From assembly GCA_038496445.1 (NCBI GenBank), contig JALMLS010000562.1, positions 203,303 to 267,302 on the forward strand: 64,000 nt of DNA, written 5' to 3'. Below are positions 13,420-28,976 of the stretch, one piece after another. This DNA comes from Trichosphaerium sp. ATCC 40318. Taxonomy: Eukaryota; Protista; Tubulinea. Positions within the stretch are counted from its first letter, which is position 1. Every line of letters starts with the position of its first letter. Made by a program: the position numbers and the translations under genes. The notes beneath the pieces are model-generated. The model was not told the origin of the DNA. It saw nothing but the letters and a program-made list of their open reading frames with translations, and did not search any database.

Positions 13420-16400
13420 TTAATTTCTATGAGAACCGACTGCAAATCTGTAATTAACTGGTGTTTCAGCGTAATCAGAACTTGATAAGATACTGCTATC
13501 ATCTGAATCGTCGGTGCTTGTGTGCTGTTGTTCAATCATGTCATCAACAGTTAGCGACAATTCTTTCGGTCTACTAGTGAGTGTGCCTCCTGCTGTTAGG
13601 CTGCCGTCTAGTGATGTTGGTTTCTATGTCTTGTAAGTACCAGTAAATAACTTAGTATGTACATACACTAGGAATATCAGGGCTAAGCGGTGTAGGTCCA
13701 GTTTGAGTTTCAGATATTGATGACTGAGTGTAATCATCACTAGGTTTTTTAAATCAAACGCAAAGTATCATTTACTATGTACCTTGGGGTTTCTGAGGAG
13801 TCTTCATCATCGCTTTCACTAAAACTAGAGCTGGAGTAACTCGTTTCCTGTAGAGGACTATTTTGAGATGTCTCTGTGCCGTCATATTCGCTTGAAGATA
13901 CATCGTCGCTCTATTAGGAATGTTACACTGCTTTAAAGGTAGGTTTGGCACACGTACGTCTGATGAGAAAGATGAGCTTGCAAATGATTCTGAATAGGCA
14001 CCAGTTTCTTTTTCTTGCCCACTTGCTTTGTGTTGTTGAGCACGGTAAGGTTCTGGTTGCATTTCCCAATTCCTCTTTTTTTCTGCTTTTTCATGTTTTC
14101 TCCCATCGCAATATAGAGCAATAGCAATGATTATTAAGAGTATAGCAACACCACCACAAGCTATAGCGATTATGACACCAATACTATTCAATAGTTATTG
14201 ATAATGTACTACGCAGGATGCGCTTACCTTAGGCCACCATCAGGAGGAGCACTTGTTGGTAGTACAAACGGACCTCCTTCTTTGACTCCCGCTGTGGTGA
14301 AATTAAAACAAACTTTTGGGTGGACTTGAAGTACTTGCCTACAGGAACAAGAGTCGGTTCTTGTGTTACTATTCCTCCAATTTCAGTCTCGATAGACCGT
14401 TTTATTTGGTCTCGTAATGCCGTATCAGCGAAATAAGTTGCCACAGCGGCTGTAAATCTCGGTAAGTTTAAATAGTAGCGTAAAACTATGACTGTACTTG
14501 GGTTATCAGTGATCTCTACTGATAGGGTTATTGTTTGTTGTCTCTTCCTTTGAACGTCTTGAGTCACATTAACAGAGTTGGCATCAATACTTAGTGCTGA
14601 TACAAATATTTGTGCTATGGCACCAAGGTTTTCGCTTGATAACACCGGGCTCCTAACCTCTAAATAATCTATGAACACAAATACATAATATCGTAAGAAC
14701 ATACGTATTTCGATGACTGAGCTGTCAGGACATGCACTATCAGTATTCGTCGCTCTAACAGCACTTTCAAACAAGTTCCAACGAAGATTTTCACCAGCTT
14801 TAAATTTAACCTATCACGTGATTAAACTCGTTGGGTTTAGTTTTTTCTTTGTACCTTAAAGGCACAGATTGGATACGACAGCGACTCGCTTTGGTTAAAT
14901 TGAGTTATCACTGCGTCTTTATATATAGCGGGTTCAACTGTATTAGTAGTACCTTCATCAAGTTAGTTGTTTTAATCCTTCAATCAATAACGTACCTTGT
15001 TGAACAACAGTATCGGGGCCTTGCTTGCGGTATCCAAAACAAGCTTCAAACTCTACAACAAAGTTGTAAACACCAAAAAAGAAACCTTATGTAAATGCGG
15101 TATACGAAACGCACCATCAGATGGCAGTGTTTTGACACAATACAAAAGTGTAGTGAATGTAGTAACACTACTTGTAGGTCCTAATTTTGAGATTAGACAG
15201 ATGTTGTATGATGATAACCTCACCCATTACTGGTGGGGTTGCTGTTGGTCCAATTGGAGGAAATGTAGGCTCGGAAGTTGGTGCAACCGTAGTTGGTGCG
15301 CTCGTTACATTTACAGGTAGTGTGGGAGCATCGGTCATATTCGTAGCCATAGTAGGTGGTTCGGTTGTGTTTGCAGGCATAGTCGGAGCATCAGTTGCAT
15401 TCGCAGGTAAAGTGGGTGCATCAGTTGCGTTTGCAGGCATAGTCGGAGCAACAGTCACGTTCGATTGTGTTGTGGGCGGATCAGTAGTGTTTGTAGGTAT
15501 TGGAGGGGCTGTGGTGTTGACAGGTATTGGTGCGTTCGTAGGAGGTTCAGTCCCATTGACGGGTATTGGCGCGTTTGTAGGAGGTTCAGTTACGTTGACA
15601 GGTATAGGTGCGTTCGTAGGAGGTTCAGTTACGTTGACAGGTATTGGTGCGTTCGTAGGAGGTTCAGTTACGTTGACAGGTGTAGGTGCGTTCGTAGGAG
15701 GTTCAGTTCCATTGACGGGTATTGGCGCGTTTGTAGGAGGTTCAGTTGGTGCGTTTGTAGGAGGTTCAGTTACGTTAATTGGAATAGTTGGTGCCTCAGT
15801 TGTTGGAGCATCCGTTGGCATTGCCGTAGGCATTTCTGTTGGTGCTTCAGTCGTTGGAGCATCTGTTGTCGGTTGATTTGTTGGGGCAACTGTTGGTGCT
15901 TCGGTTGTAGGCATTTCCGTTGGTGCTTCAGTTGTGGGTACTTCTGTTGGCACTCCAGTTGGTGCTTCCGTTGTCGGTTGATTTGTTGGCGCAACTGTTG
16001 GTGCTTCAGTTGTGGGTACTTCTGTTGGCGCTTCAGTTGTTGGTTGATTTGTTGGCGCAACTGTTGGTGCTTCAGTTGTGGGTACTTCTGTTGGTGCTTC
16101 CGTTGTTGGTTGATTTGTTGGCGCAACTGTTGGTGCTTCGGTTGTAGGCATTTCCGTTGGTGCTTCAGTTGTGGGTACTTCTGTTGGAGCTTCAGTTAGA
16201 GCTTCAGTTGGTGCTACTGTTGGTGCTTCTGTTGGCTCACTTGTAGGAGTAACAGTGGGTGGATCTGTCATTGTTGGTGGTTGGGTCATTCCTTCTACAG
16301 AACGCACGTGTTTTGGCGCTGGTACGAGGTATCTCTTATCGCGTATAAGCGCCGTTTCGAAATCGGCAAAAATAAGTAAAATATGCCATTGATCGCTTAT

Positions 16401-16843
16401 AGTTGGACCTTCGCAGATAAACTGTAATTCACCTCGTGTTTGTGGTGTAGTTGATTGCCTAGAAAAATTAAATCGAAAAATCAGAAAAACTACTTACCAA
16501 GCTTTACCAGAAGCATTTACATCCAGTTTCATCCAACGGTAATTCTCAAGAAACGTCTTAGGCCACGTGGATGGAGGAACAATCGAAATTAGAGATAAAG
16601 GCGTGTCGTCATTATCTACGGTTGAAAACGAAGCGTGACAGTCCTATGTATATTAAAAATCACGTTATTAGATACAGGTGTTCCAAGTCATACATAAATA
16701 AGGTCACGAGGAAGTCCACAAGTGGTTGTTATGTTTGGGCCATAATACGCATCGATTGTGTAGCTAAAAGACACCTGGCAATTTACGAGTGATAATATTG
16801 TTATGAGCGTCAAAACGCATACCCGAAGAGCGTTGGGCAGCAT
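13420..16843 (-). CDS. Type I membrane mucin-like surface glycoprotein with PT repeats
   Basis: Signal peptide MLPNALRVCVLTLITILSLVNC; TEAPT/PTNAP stalk; TM IGVIIAIACGGVAILLIIIAIALYC; Ser/Asp-rich cytoplasmic tail. Confidence 0.85.
15230..16285 (-). repeat. Coding tandem repeats of the mucin stalk
   Basis: Near-identical units encoding PTNAPIPVN(V/G)TEP, TEAPTVAPTNQPTTEAPTEVPT and PTxPANATDA. Confidence 0.95.
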
Positions 16844-17193
16844 TTATATCACTTTTCTTAAGAGGTATCACGTGATGCAATGTAGATAAAAAAAAATAAA
16901 CAGAAAAATCACAACACGCGTTCAATGATTAACAGCATGCCACCCTACCATTTTGGAACTAGGCTACTTAGGGTATCCCTCGCAGTAAACGCCTAGCAAG
17001 TGGTGGCGGTAAAGCGAACTACCTGTTTGTTCATACAAGCATAGTCAATCTGCAATTTCTTAAACACTACAACATTAAAGCGCTTCATTGCGACATGATG
17101 GTAATACGCCTTGCCGTTCGTATAACTTAATTCACATGCTTAAGTACAGTAGTTGCCTTGTGCTTGCTACAAAGTAAATACAGAGAAGTCGTA

Positions 17194-18653
17194 ATGCTTA
17201 CACGCGCAAAGGAGGGCCTGTACGGTGTATGGGAAATGGCAAAAAACCATCCCAGACTATTTGCACTTGGTGCTACAGTGGCGGGCGTGACAAGTTGGTA
17301 CGGTTACAAACAATGGGCTACAGTTGAAGCTCCAAAAGTATGTGATCAGAAATTACATAATAGTTGTTTTACATCCTGTAGATCGATGATTCCGAAGGCT
17401 TGGCACAATCTGCCTTTGAACTGGAACAAAAACGAGCAGAAGAAGCACGAAGAGATGCACTTGAGAAATTTTTTACTGCTACGCAAGAAACAGCGTCTAA
17501 ATTCATCGTGGATCTACTACCAACCGTAACAACAAAAGTAAAGGCAACATGTAACGTCGATGAGACTTTGAGAGCTTTGCGTACTCCAGACCTAACAACG
17601 CAGCAAAAAATAAGCTTGTGGCAAAATCTAAAGGAGCAAGGTACTGTCTGACACTCAAACAGAAAAAAACGACGTTTCAATTAATGCTAAAATAGCTTTC
17701 GCTCAAACAATTGTTGGTGTATACTCTATGGCACTCATGATAGTATTTCTTAGACTACAAACAAATTTATTATCAAAATACCGTTCCGAAGAGCACAAAG
17801 TGCTTGTCAGAAAGGAGTACATGAAGAGGAGCAGTTACCTTATAGATTTTGGTATTAACATTTTGAGAAACGATGTAAGTCGTAGCGTAGCATCGCAGCT
17901 CTCTGGGTACAACAAAAAAAAGAATATAAACAACAAAGTTGTAACATTTTATTTGTAGTTGGAAAATTAGCCGAAAAGTGTCAGCTGTTGATTTTAGAGC
18001 ATTTGTTGAAAGATCCAAAGAAGCTCTAGAGGTGCACTAATTAACTGTTTTTAAACTAAACAACATTGACGCTTTTTTTCTCCAAGGACACTCCCACAAG
18101 CTTATTTCCTTCTGTACGTACAATTACAACAAATTAATTGGTTGTAACGCAATCTTAGTATCTTCTACCTCCTGAAAATGCTAATGAAGAACACTTTTTC
18201 GAAGCCGACATGCGTGGTGCTACATATACAGCTGATTTGGTGGCAGCTTTAGAGCGACAGGCTGCAGATGAATTAACCTTGATGATAAACGAAACAAGAG
18301 ATTTTTTAGAAAGGTACTTTAACTCAAAACCAATCACGTGGATGGTTTTTTAACCCTGGGTGTAGACCTGAATTTGAAATTGCTGTTTCTCAATGCGTGG
18401 ATTACCTGCTTGAGCCAATAATAAGAGAAATTGATCAAATTTTGCCGTAAGTCACTTCCTAAACACTCTTTGTTCAGTTTTAAATTCTTTTAGTACTGAC
18501 ACGCCAATGACTCTTCCCAAATTATTGCCAAAGCTTGATAGGATATATACGCAAGTAGTAGACACCAAGAACGAAAATGAGCACATTAAAAAACTTCTCA
18601 GTCTGGATGTCCTTGATAAATTTTCACATACAGTTTTCTTCGATAATGAATAG
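17194..18653 (+). CDS. PEX3: Peroxisomal biogenesis factor 3
   Basis: N-terminal membrane segment LFALGATVAGVTSWYGY; KISLWQNLKEQAFAQTIVGVYSMALMIVFLRLQTNLL matches the PEX3 core. Confidence 0.85.
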
Positions 18654-18857
18654 TCAAAAAAGTACAATAACTGACTTTTTTTAAAATGTACAAATAGATC
18701 ACAAAGCCAAGCTGTGAAATAAATAAAGTGACTACCAGTCCATTAAAAAACCTCCTTGTACAAGGTGAATAATAAGCGCAGAAAAAATTATTCAATTCAC
18801 AAAAAAAAACCACTGAGTTTGCTTTTGGATATGTTTGATTTATTTTGGTTGAACAAT

Positions 18858-20319
18858 TTAAGTTGTGTCCATGGCTTCAGCGCCTTCCTCTTCGAATTCT
18901 TCACCTAGTAAAATGTCAAATTGACGTTGTGTCATAAAGATTAGTTTTGATTAAAAACATTTACAAAGCACTGGTTACACAAAATCTTACCTGTTGGTTG
19001 TGCCAATAGAGCAGAAATATCTGCGTCACTATCAGTACTGTAGTCTGATGATACCCAAGGTAATTGAAATGAGTTCAATCGAACAATGTTTTTCTCAAAA
19101 ACAAGAATAGTGAATTTGAATTGAGCAACAATGGTGCCTATTAAATGTGTCAGAGCGAGTGTTATACGCAAAAGATTCTCATTTTACCTCCGCGCTCTTG
19201 AAGAACTGGGAACGGTTGTACGCAATCGTGCTTGATGAGTTCGCTAAGGCCAAGTCTGGCTTTACGCTCGTCAGGCATGTTACGAGGATTAAATGGGTAG
19301 TGTTTGTAGTGGCGGTTGATGTTGTTCTTTAAGTGCTTAGCGGCTTGCATGCGCGGGTTGAATGTGTTCTCTGCGTTGTTCATGTAGATGCTAGTCTTCT
19401 CTCCGCTCTCTTTTGTTTTACCCTCACCAGTTGAAACAACGACGTCAAGGGCGTATACTTCATTTGGCATCAATTGATGTTCTTCAACTTGATTGTCAAT
19501 ATCGGCCTTTCCAATAATTACATTACGTCCATCGATTGCATATCGGTGGAGAGAATGGCTCAAAACACCTTCAACAGCGTTGCACTTGAAAATGTCAATA
19601 CATTGATTCATTACGCGAGTAATTTCGTTATTGGTTTGTCCTGGACTAGGAATGAAGTGAGAAGGTGTTTGTGCGTTATATAATGTACAAGGGAATAATG
19701 TAAAAGTGAATTCCTTACCGAAGCATTCTAATTGCGCATTCTGAGGCGAAATAAGCGGCGCAAATAGCGGCAGCCTTATCTCCTCCAATTGCTTCTTGCT
19801 GGCCACCTACAGGAGGTACAATCCAGGTGTGTGCAGTGACAGAAGAGTATCCGTCGAGTTGTGCGGCCATGTCGCTTGAGTAAAAAATTAAGATTATTTC
19901 ACTGCAAATTCTCTTTGGCGTACACTTTTACAACGTCGCCTGCTTTGAGCTTGCGATCGCTTACGTTGGCGTTAACTGGGGAATAGTGACCGACAACATT
20001 GTTTACATTGATGCACGTTGGAAAAGCGATTCCCTTTTTTTACCATTAAATTAACTAATAACAATATGAGAGCGATTCGTACTTTGTCTGTAATCTCTGT
20101 AACGTTGTTGCAACCTTCTTTGATGTAGGCGTCTCCCTTGGCACAAAGAGCGGCTACAGAAGCGCCTGGTACCAATTCTTGTAGGATTGCGTTCATGGCA
20201 GCTAAAAAAGTTACAAAAAGAGACTTTAGTGCTTGCGTACCATTGACAATCTCGCCAGCCTTCATGTACAATTCGACTACGCTTGGGTTCGCAATTGTTT
20301 CCTTGTATTCTTCTTCCAT
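18858..20319 (-). CDS. PA2G4: Proliferation-associated 2G4/EBP1 (inactive M24 peptidase fold)
   Basis: [68 protein letters not shown]. Confidence 0.93.
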
Positions 20320-20519
20320 CTTTTTTTGATAGTTTTTTTGTGTTTGTGGTGATGCCGCTTGTTTTAAAAGACAGTACAACAAATTGGAGACTTTAATTAC
20401 GAATTTGCTTGACGCATGGAGTTTTTTGCGTAGAAAATTCAAAATGTACTTAGCTGTTTTTTTGTTTTTAATTGTCACAAAAGCACCGAACACCTGGTTA
20501 GCATACCGTCGTCGCAATT

Positions 20520-21671
20520 ATGTCAACTGGCAATCAGCCTAAAGGTACAAAGGGGATTATTGGGACACTCACACGCTACACTTGCTCTTTTTTAATCTAA
20601 ACGCCGTTGTTCGCTTGTTCCTCATTTTAAAGTAGTAGTTGCGCAACCTATTAGCGCGGATAGAAAACACCGCTTAGAACAGCCTGCTTTACCCACTGCA
20701 AAGAAGCAGAAATTAGAACATACACCAGAGAACAAAGCTCCACCACTAACGGGCACAATGCAGCCGTTAGTTGAGATCAAGGTAGAGGAGGGCGACAAGG
20801 AGCAAAAACGCGCGGAAGCGATCAAAAATATGGAGGTCATAGAGAAAGAGTTTACAAATTTGAAAGAAAAGTATTTTGCGGAGAACATGGCAGATTTGAA
20901 CAAAGAGTTAGAGGAGCTACAAAATGGTGCGTGAGAATGTGCCAAGTGTCATCGGGAATTCCGCCTTATGGAACTTATTTTTCCGTCTTTGTACTTTACA
21001 TGCGCCTTAACTAACTTACTTGCAAGGACAATTCGAAGGATATGTACTGAGCGTAAATGAATTAACTGCAGCGCACAAAGAGCGTTTGGAATTGGCCGAT
21101 AAATGGAAAGAGGTGACATATTATTTTTACTTGTCTAAATCTCACGTGATTTTAGCACAAAATGAATTGTATTGAACAAGTCGCAGTTACAGAAAGAAAA
21201 TCTGCTATGGATGACTTGGAGGTAGATTTCGCGCTGGCTTTGTTGTTGTTAATATACTACGATAGAACCAGAAGAAGGAGATACAGACCGCAATGATAAA
21301 GGATGTACATCGCCGTGTTAAAAAATTAGAAGAAGAAAAAGATACTATGAATATTACAAGTACGTTGTAGCACGAAGATGACACTAACCCATGTAAGATG
21401 ATGGGCCTGGAAGTGACACAAAAAGAACTCTACGAAAGAGAGGCAAAGATACGCGTCCTAAGTCCCATGACAAGAACAAACTTGGTGAGTGTATCCTGAG
21501 TCAATGCGCATACTAACAGATTCATAGTCGAAACCTTTGTGGTCGAGTTAGCCAGTAAAGAGATTCAAGCCGACATGAAGGATATAGCTAGTCGCATGGT
21601 ATGTATACAAAATTTATATTTGACATGTTTTTACTTGTTTATCACAGGCAGCTATAATTAGCAAAAAATAG
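20520..21671 (+). CDS. Sds3/BRMS1-like Sin3-HDAC complex subunit
   Basis: Coiled-coil KRAEAIKNMEVIEKEFTNLKEKYFAENMADLNKELEELQNG and RRVKKLEEEKDTM resemble the Sds3 family. Confidence 0.65.
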
Positions 21672-21864
21672 AGGCAGTTTACAAAAGCCGCACTTTGCGT
21701 GTACACTATGTAAAGATTAGACAGATTGTGGACAATAAATTCAATAGAGAAATCGCATTTTTTAGCGTTTTGATTGAGCTGCACGTTTTTTTAAATTGGA
21801 AAAAAACCCAGTGTTGCAATTGCTAGTTACGCACGGAGCTAAAATCCTGTTGTGGGATTCCTTG

Positions 21865-22285
21865 TTACTGAGATTCTTCTTGCTGTTTACGCATGTATTG
21901 CTTACGTGATTCTACTATTGCCTTGTATCTTCCCAGTGCAGTTTCGTAGTCACTAGAGTTTTCACTAGAAAAAAAAAAACAATGAGCTCCAACAATATTA
22001 TGTAACTTTTCAAGCTCGCGAAAATTAACTGGAAATAAGTACTTGGCGTGAGGAGACCCTACTAACTCTTGTAGCTACAAAAATTCAATAATCACATATA
22101 AAGCATCCAAAACGTACCGAATTGAGGCTGTGCTCCTTGGTACCAGCGAGGACAGTCCAATCCACGTAACGTATTGCTAAAAAAGCGCCAACACAAATAA
22201 TAGGGTACATAATGCGTGGAAGCATAATTTGCCAGCGTTTTAATTGTGTAGGAGCACTTAGCTCTGTTATTCTCCTTCTTCCCAT
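21865..22285 (-). CDS. Small single-pass membrane protein
   Basis: MGRRRITELSAPTQLKRWQIMLPRIMYPIICVGAFLAIRYVDW...; three exons, ends RKQQEESQ*. Confidence 0.55.
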
Positions 22286-22390
22286 GGCACTTGAGGAATT
22301 TTTTATCACAATTTTTTGTTGGCAAGTTTTTTCGTTTAGCAATACGATTGTTGACTGTAAAACAACAAATCCCGGCGACCAACACTAACA

Positions 22391-24171
<1,781 letters not shown>

Positions 24172-24425
24172 ATTGCCAACCAACCAATTAAACGCTGTTG
24201 GAACAGCCACTTGAGTGTAGATATAATCACGTTTATTTCAATTGTTTTTTGTGTGTAACAAAGATAATATTCCATGACGTTTTCCTTGTGTCTTAACTTG
24301 ATGTGATTTATTTATTCATAACATTTTTGGTTTTATTGGCCAACGGTTGTTACCTGATGAGCGTAAGCTGCGGGTTTTTTTTCTTCTCCTGTCACAATTT
24401 CTAAAATATTTGTTTTAGGTACAGT

Positions 24426-26993
24426 ATGGAACTATACAGGTTACAGAAGGCCAAGTGAGTAGTAAAGTAACGTTTGACGTGTTAAATCTTTTTTTAAGGA
24501 TGTACAGCATAGAAGTAGTGAAAAGACGAAAAATACGCTTCTTATAACTAAACCATGGACTTGGGCTTGGATTAAAGCAAGTTTTATAGCGTACATCCTG
24601 TCGTTCATCCCACCAATCTTTACAGTGCGTCTACAACCTATATTCTATATTCACAAGTACTAGTGGGTGCCTGGCTACAAATTGGACTTTTTGCGAGGTG
24701 ACATTTTCGCTGGTGTCACTGTAGGCGTAATGTTAGTGCCACAGGTACGCGTTTTGGCTCAATAGAAACAACTGAAATTAAAGCGTTAAAAAAGGGAATG
24801 GCATACGCCACTATAGCTGGACTACCTCCTATCTATGGATTGTACACGTACGACTTTTGATTTGGGAAGCACGCGAATCCATTTCAATTAACTCTGTCGT
24901 TACAGTGCTTTTGTTCCTGCTCTTGTCTACGGATTTCTTGGGAGTTCTAAGCAGCTTATTGTTGGGCCTACTGCAGTCCTCTCCCTTATGGTTGCCAACC
25001 AAGCATCCAATGAAGGTCTCGTACCGGCAGATGCCGACTATTTGGTACGGCTTTTTTTTCGAAATTTTAAAAGTGACGCATTTGACAGATGACGATACTG
25101 CGTATCTCTTTTTTATCTGGGTGTATTCTGGTGGTAATGGCGTTGTTGAATGTTGGGTTTCTTGCCAACTTATTATCACATCCAGTCATTTCAGGATTCA
25201 CAACTGCCGCAGGGTTTCTTATTGGCAAGAAACTACAATCACTACGCTTGTTCTGATTTTTTCTTTGTTTAGGAGGAAATCAGTTGAAACATTTTTTTGG
25301 CATTGACACTCCAAGAGAGTCAAAGATTATACCTTTATTACAAGAGACTATAGTGAGGCTACAGTATACAAACTTATGGTCTCTACTCCTAGCAATGACA
25401 GCTTTTGCGTTCATTGTCTTCGTAAAGAGACTTCCAAAGTCAAAATGGATACCTGGTCCTCTTATAGTGACTATTGTTGGTATATTAGTATCTTGGGGAT
25501 TTAAAATGCATGAGAAAACAGGCATCAGGATTGCTGGTGACATCCCAAAAGGGTAAGATATTTTTATTTTGATGTAAATGCTCACGTGCGTTAAAGGTTA
25601 CCAAAACCTGAGTCACCATTTGGTGATACTAGCTCGTTGACGAAAGATCTTAGTGCAGCTGTAGTGGTAGCTCTTATTGGGTTTATGGAGGCTATAAGTA
25701 TTGGCAAAACTTTTGCCAATAAAAACGGTTATCAACTAAACGCCAATCAAGTACTCATGAGCTCATTCTGTGATGGAACCGTTTAGCCATTCTAACTTTG
25801 CGCCTAGGAACTCTTGGGCTTAGGCCTAGCCAATGTTGCGGGCGCATTCTTCAAGGCATATCCTGCTACTGGTTCATTTACCAGAACTGCTGTAAATGCG
25901 AGTGCTGGTGCCAAGTCTCCAGTTGCGAACATTCTACATTCAGTCATTATTATGTTTACAATCTTGTTCCTTACACGACTATTCTATCATCTTCCATATG
26001 CTATTCTATCCGCCATAGTAATGGTACGTTAATAGTTGGCTTAATGTTTCATAATTTGAAGTTTTAATTATGCTTTAGAGCGCTGTTATTAATTTAGTTG
26101 ACTATAATGAAGCTATCTTTTTGTGGAAGAATAATAAGAGAGATTTACTAGTTTGGATTGCAGCTTTGCTGGGAACATTATTACTTGGTATAGAAGATGG
26201 CATTTTGGCAGCGATTGCCATACAACTTCTCATGTTCGTGGTTATACCAGCCATTGTACGGCTCTTCTTTTAGTTATTTTTGATGATTTTGCTTTTAACT
26301 ACTGCATGACACATGACTTATTTTCTTGAAGCCGTATATGCCTGTTTTAGCAGGTGTATCCTCGTCCATTCCTCTTGTTGAAGACAAAAGCTTCTCAATA
26401 GACGACGGACTAGTAGTGATGAGAATGGAAGATTCTTTATTTTTTGGAAATATTAGTGATTTTAGAACGCACGTGATTTTATAAACAACTAATGTTTGTG
26501 TCCTAACAGTATTTTAGTCGAGTAAAGGACATTGCGAATTACTTGATAAGATCTTCAAAACAGAACGATGACGCAGCTGACGAGAAACTTCATGTACTTT
26601 TTGTTTTACATAAACTATATTGACGGTAATATTAGGCGATAGTAGTCGAAGCATCTTCTATTAACGACATAGATTCAACAGCGCTTCATGGCCTAAAAGG
26701 TACCTTTTGAGATACTCGTCAGTGCACGTTTAACTCCCCATCAAGCTGTTATTGAAGAGCTTGATCTGCTAGGCGTAGCATTATTCTTTGCTGGCCTAAA
26801 AATAGATATGCGAGATACCCTCGCAAACGCCAAAGTGGCATCAAAGGTGAGATGGCAAATTTATAAGCACGTGTTTATGTAGTATTTTTAGAGACTTCAA
26901 ATCTGCTTCAGTGATATAGCAACAGCCAAGATTTATTATGAAGATGTAAGGACCGAGTACTATACCATCTCTGATGAAACTGAAGTACCATAA
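24426..26993 (+). CDS. SLC26/SulP anion transporter with STAS domain
   Basis: [50 protein letters not shown], STAS motif INDIDSTALHGL. Confidence 0.93.
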
Positions 26994-27193
26994 AGTTATA
27001 CTAGAGACAACTTGTAAATTCAGCAATTAAAACCAGTATTTTAGTATTTTGTTGACGTGAATATTTTTAAGTTTAAACATATCTTGTAGACTTTTTCTTG
27101 TTTGTCTCGGCTGTAGGATTAAACAAAGCATACGTTCTACATAGCGATACTACAAGACTGTATCGTTTATTATTGTACAAAGTGGTGTAACGA

Positions 27194-28729
27194 TTACATC
27201 AATCCATTCCGATGAAGCGCTAATACAAAGATAAGTTTTATGCCAGTTGAAAAACATAGGGTAAAAAAAAAAAGTTTCGATAATACTTACCATCGTGCAT
27301 AATGATACCCTTGACAGCTTTGAATACGACAGTTATATTACGTGTATCAGTAGCGTTCGTTACATGAGGATATACTATCTTATTAGGGTTCTTGTTTCGG
27401 ATGAGAAACTTCTCTTTAATGAATGCCACTGCAGTGTCATAATCGCATCGTCCTTTTACTAATTTAGCAACCAAATTAAAGCACAATTTTAAAATAACGT
27501 ACTGTCATAGTCTGAAAAGCAGGTGGAGAGAGGGATCTTGAGTTCTTCAACTTTGTGTTTGAAAATATCGTTTTTGTTCAAAAAGAGTATCATATGAGTC
27601 TCGGTGAACCATCTATTGTTGCAAACGCTCTCGAAAAGGTCAAGTGCCTACAATGCGCGTAAACAAATAATTCACTAATTAATTAACGATGAAATGTACC
27701 TCATGCATCCTGTTTACTTTCTTGTGTTCGCGAAGCATCATGTCGTACCCAGATAGAGCAGCACAGAAAATAACAGCTGTAACGCCTTCAAAGTGATCCA
27801 TCCATTTTCCTAAGCGAAAAAAAAGACGTCAACAACAAAATCTCGTGGTTTTTAACAAAGATCTGCAGAAACAAAGCGAATATTCTACAGTCATTATTTT
27901 TAAAATATATGCATACTGCGCTCCGTTCTTTGGCCGCCGACATCAACGAGATTAATTTCGATCCCGTCAACTTCAAAGCGCGTTTCAACTACGCCACTAG
28001 TTCTTTGTCTAGAGCGTATTATGTCATTGTCCGTTGGCTCGTAATCAGAGCTAGCCAGTCTTTGCAAATCATTAATGAAGCTAAAAGCTGAATTAGTTTT
28101 ATTGGGCTCGTTTATAAATGCTTTTTTTGGGAAGTACGTACTACTCGGCAGAGTCGTATAATTGATACTCAGAGGCTCTAGCAAGCGCTGCAGTCCATGC
28201 AGGATCTTTACTCATAGTTTGGATGGCTGACGCTATTTCTTTGCTCAAAGTATGCGTTTTATCATGTTTCGGTATTGTTTTTGCAAGAGCCTGCAAGAGC
28301 GTATATAAATAAAAATACACAGGGAACGTACGAAATAAAAAAAAATTGTCTACATAAAAAACGAACCTTATTTTCCTTTGATAGTTTCAAATTCATCGTT
28401 TTGATCGCGCCAAGTATTTGAGAGACTGCAAAAAATACATTTTTGAAAACGGTCTCTTTGTAAGCTTGTCTCTCCTTTGGAGTAAATTTGTGCGCGTTTA
28501 TAATGCGGAATTGCTTTGCAATTGTCGATTTACCACTTTCGCCCGCACCTGAACAGATTTAGACGTAAGTTTTTTTTCAGCTCCTTTTTTTACCTAATAA
28601 CAGCAGAGTGATCTGTCTCTCACGGTTCTTTCTTTCATTTGCTATTTGTTTGGTAATCTCTCGATTTCTTTTGGTTTCATGCCTTATTACTTTATTAGTA
28701 AGGGTTTTCTTTGCGTTCTCCATGCTCAT
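27194..28729 (-). CDS. Heterotrimeric G protein alpha subunit
   Basis: [52 protein letters not shown]. Confidence 0.95.
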
Positions 28730-28976
28730 CGACCTCCGGTGTCGTGTTTTAGAGCAGATAAATTTGGATCAAAGAAAGCGCAGTCAAACTCCTTAGTCGA
28801 GTCTCCTTAAAATGCGCACAATGGAACAATAATATTAACACATTGGCAATACAATTATGAGTGCTGTTCGTACAGGTAGTAATTACAAGGTTGACTCCGT
28901 TCCGGTCTTGTCCGCGGCAGTTTTCAAAGTGTGAATCCGTTAACGGTCCCAGTTTAATCCAAACTGGCGGGATGCT

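Noticed and set aside
15230-16285. Regular repeats as a CRISPR array
   Set aside because: In-frame coding repeats without unique spacers; eukaryotic context and no cas genes
15187-16392. Long plus-strand and alternative-frame ORFs (VGAS- and CWCF-rich)
   Set aside because: Shadows of the minus-strand PT repeats; no independent gene structure
28890-28950. tRNA-Sec (TTCAAA loop)
   Set aside because: No anticodon stem or cloverleaf can be formed
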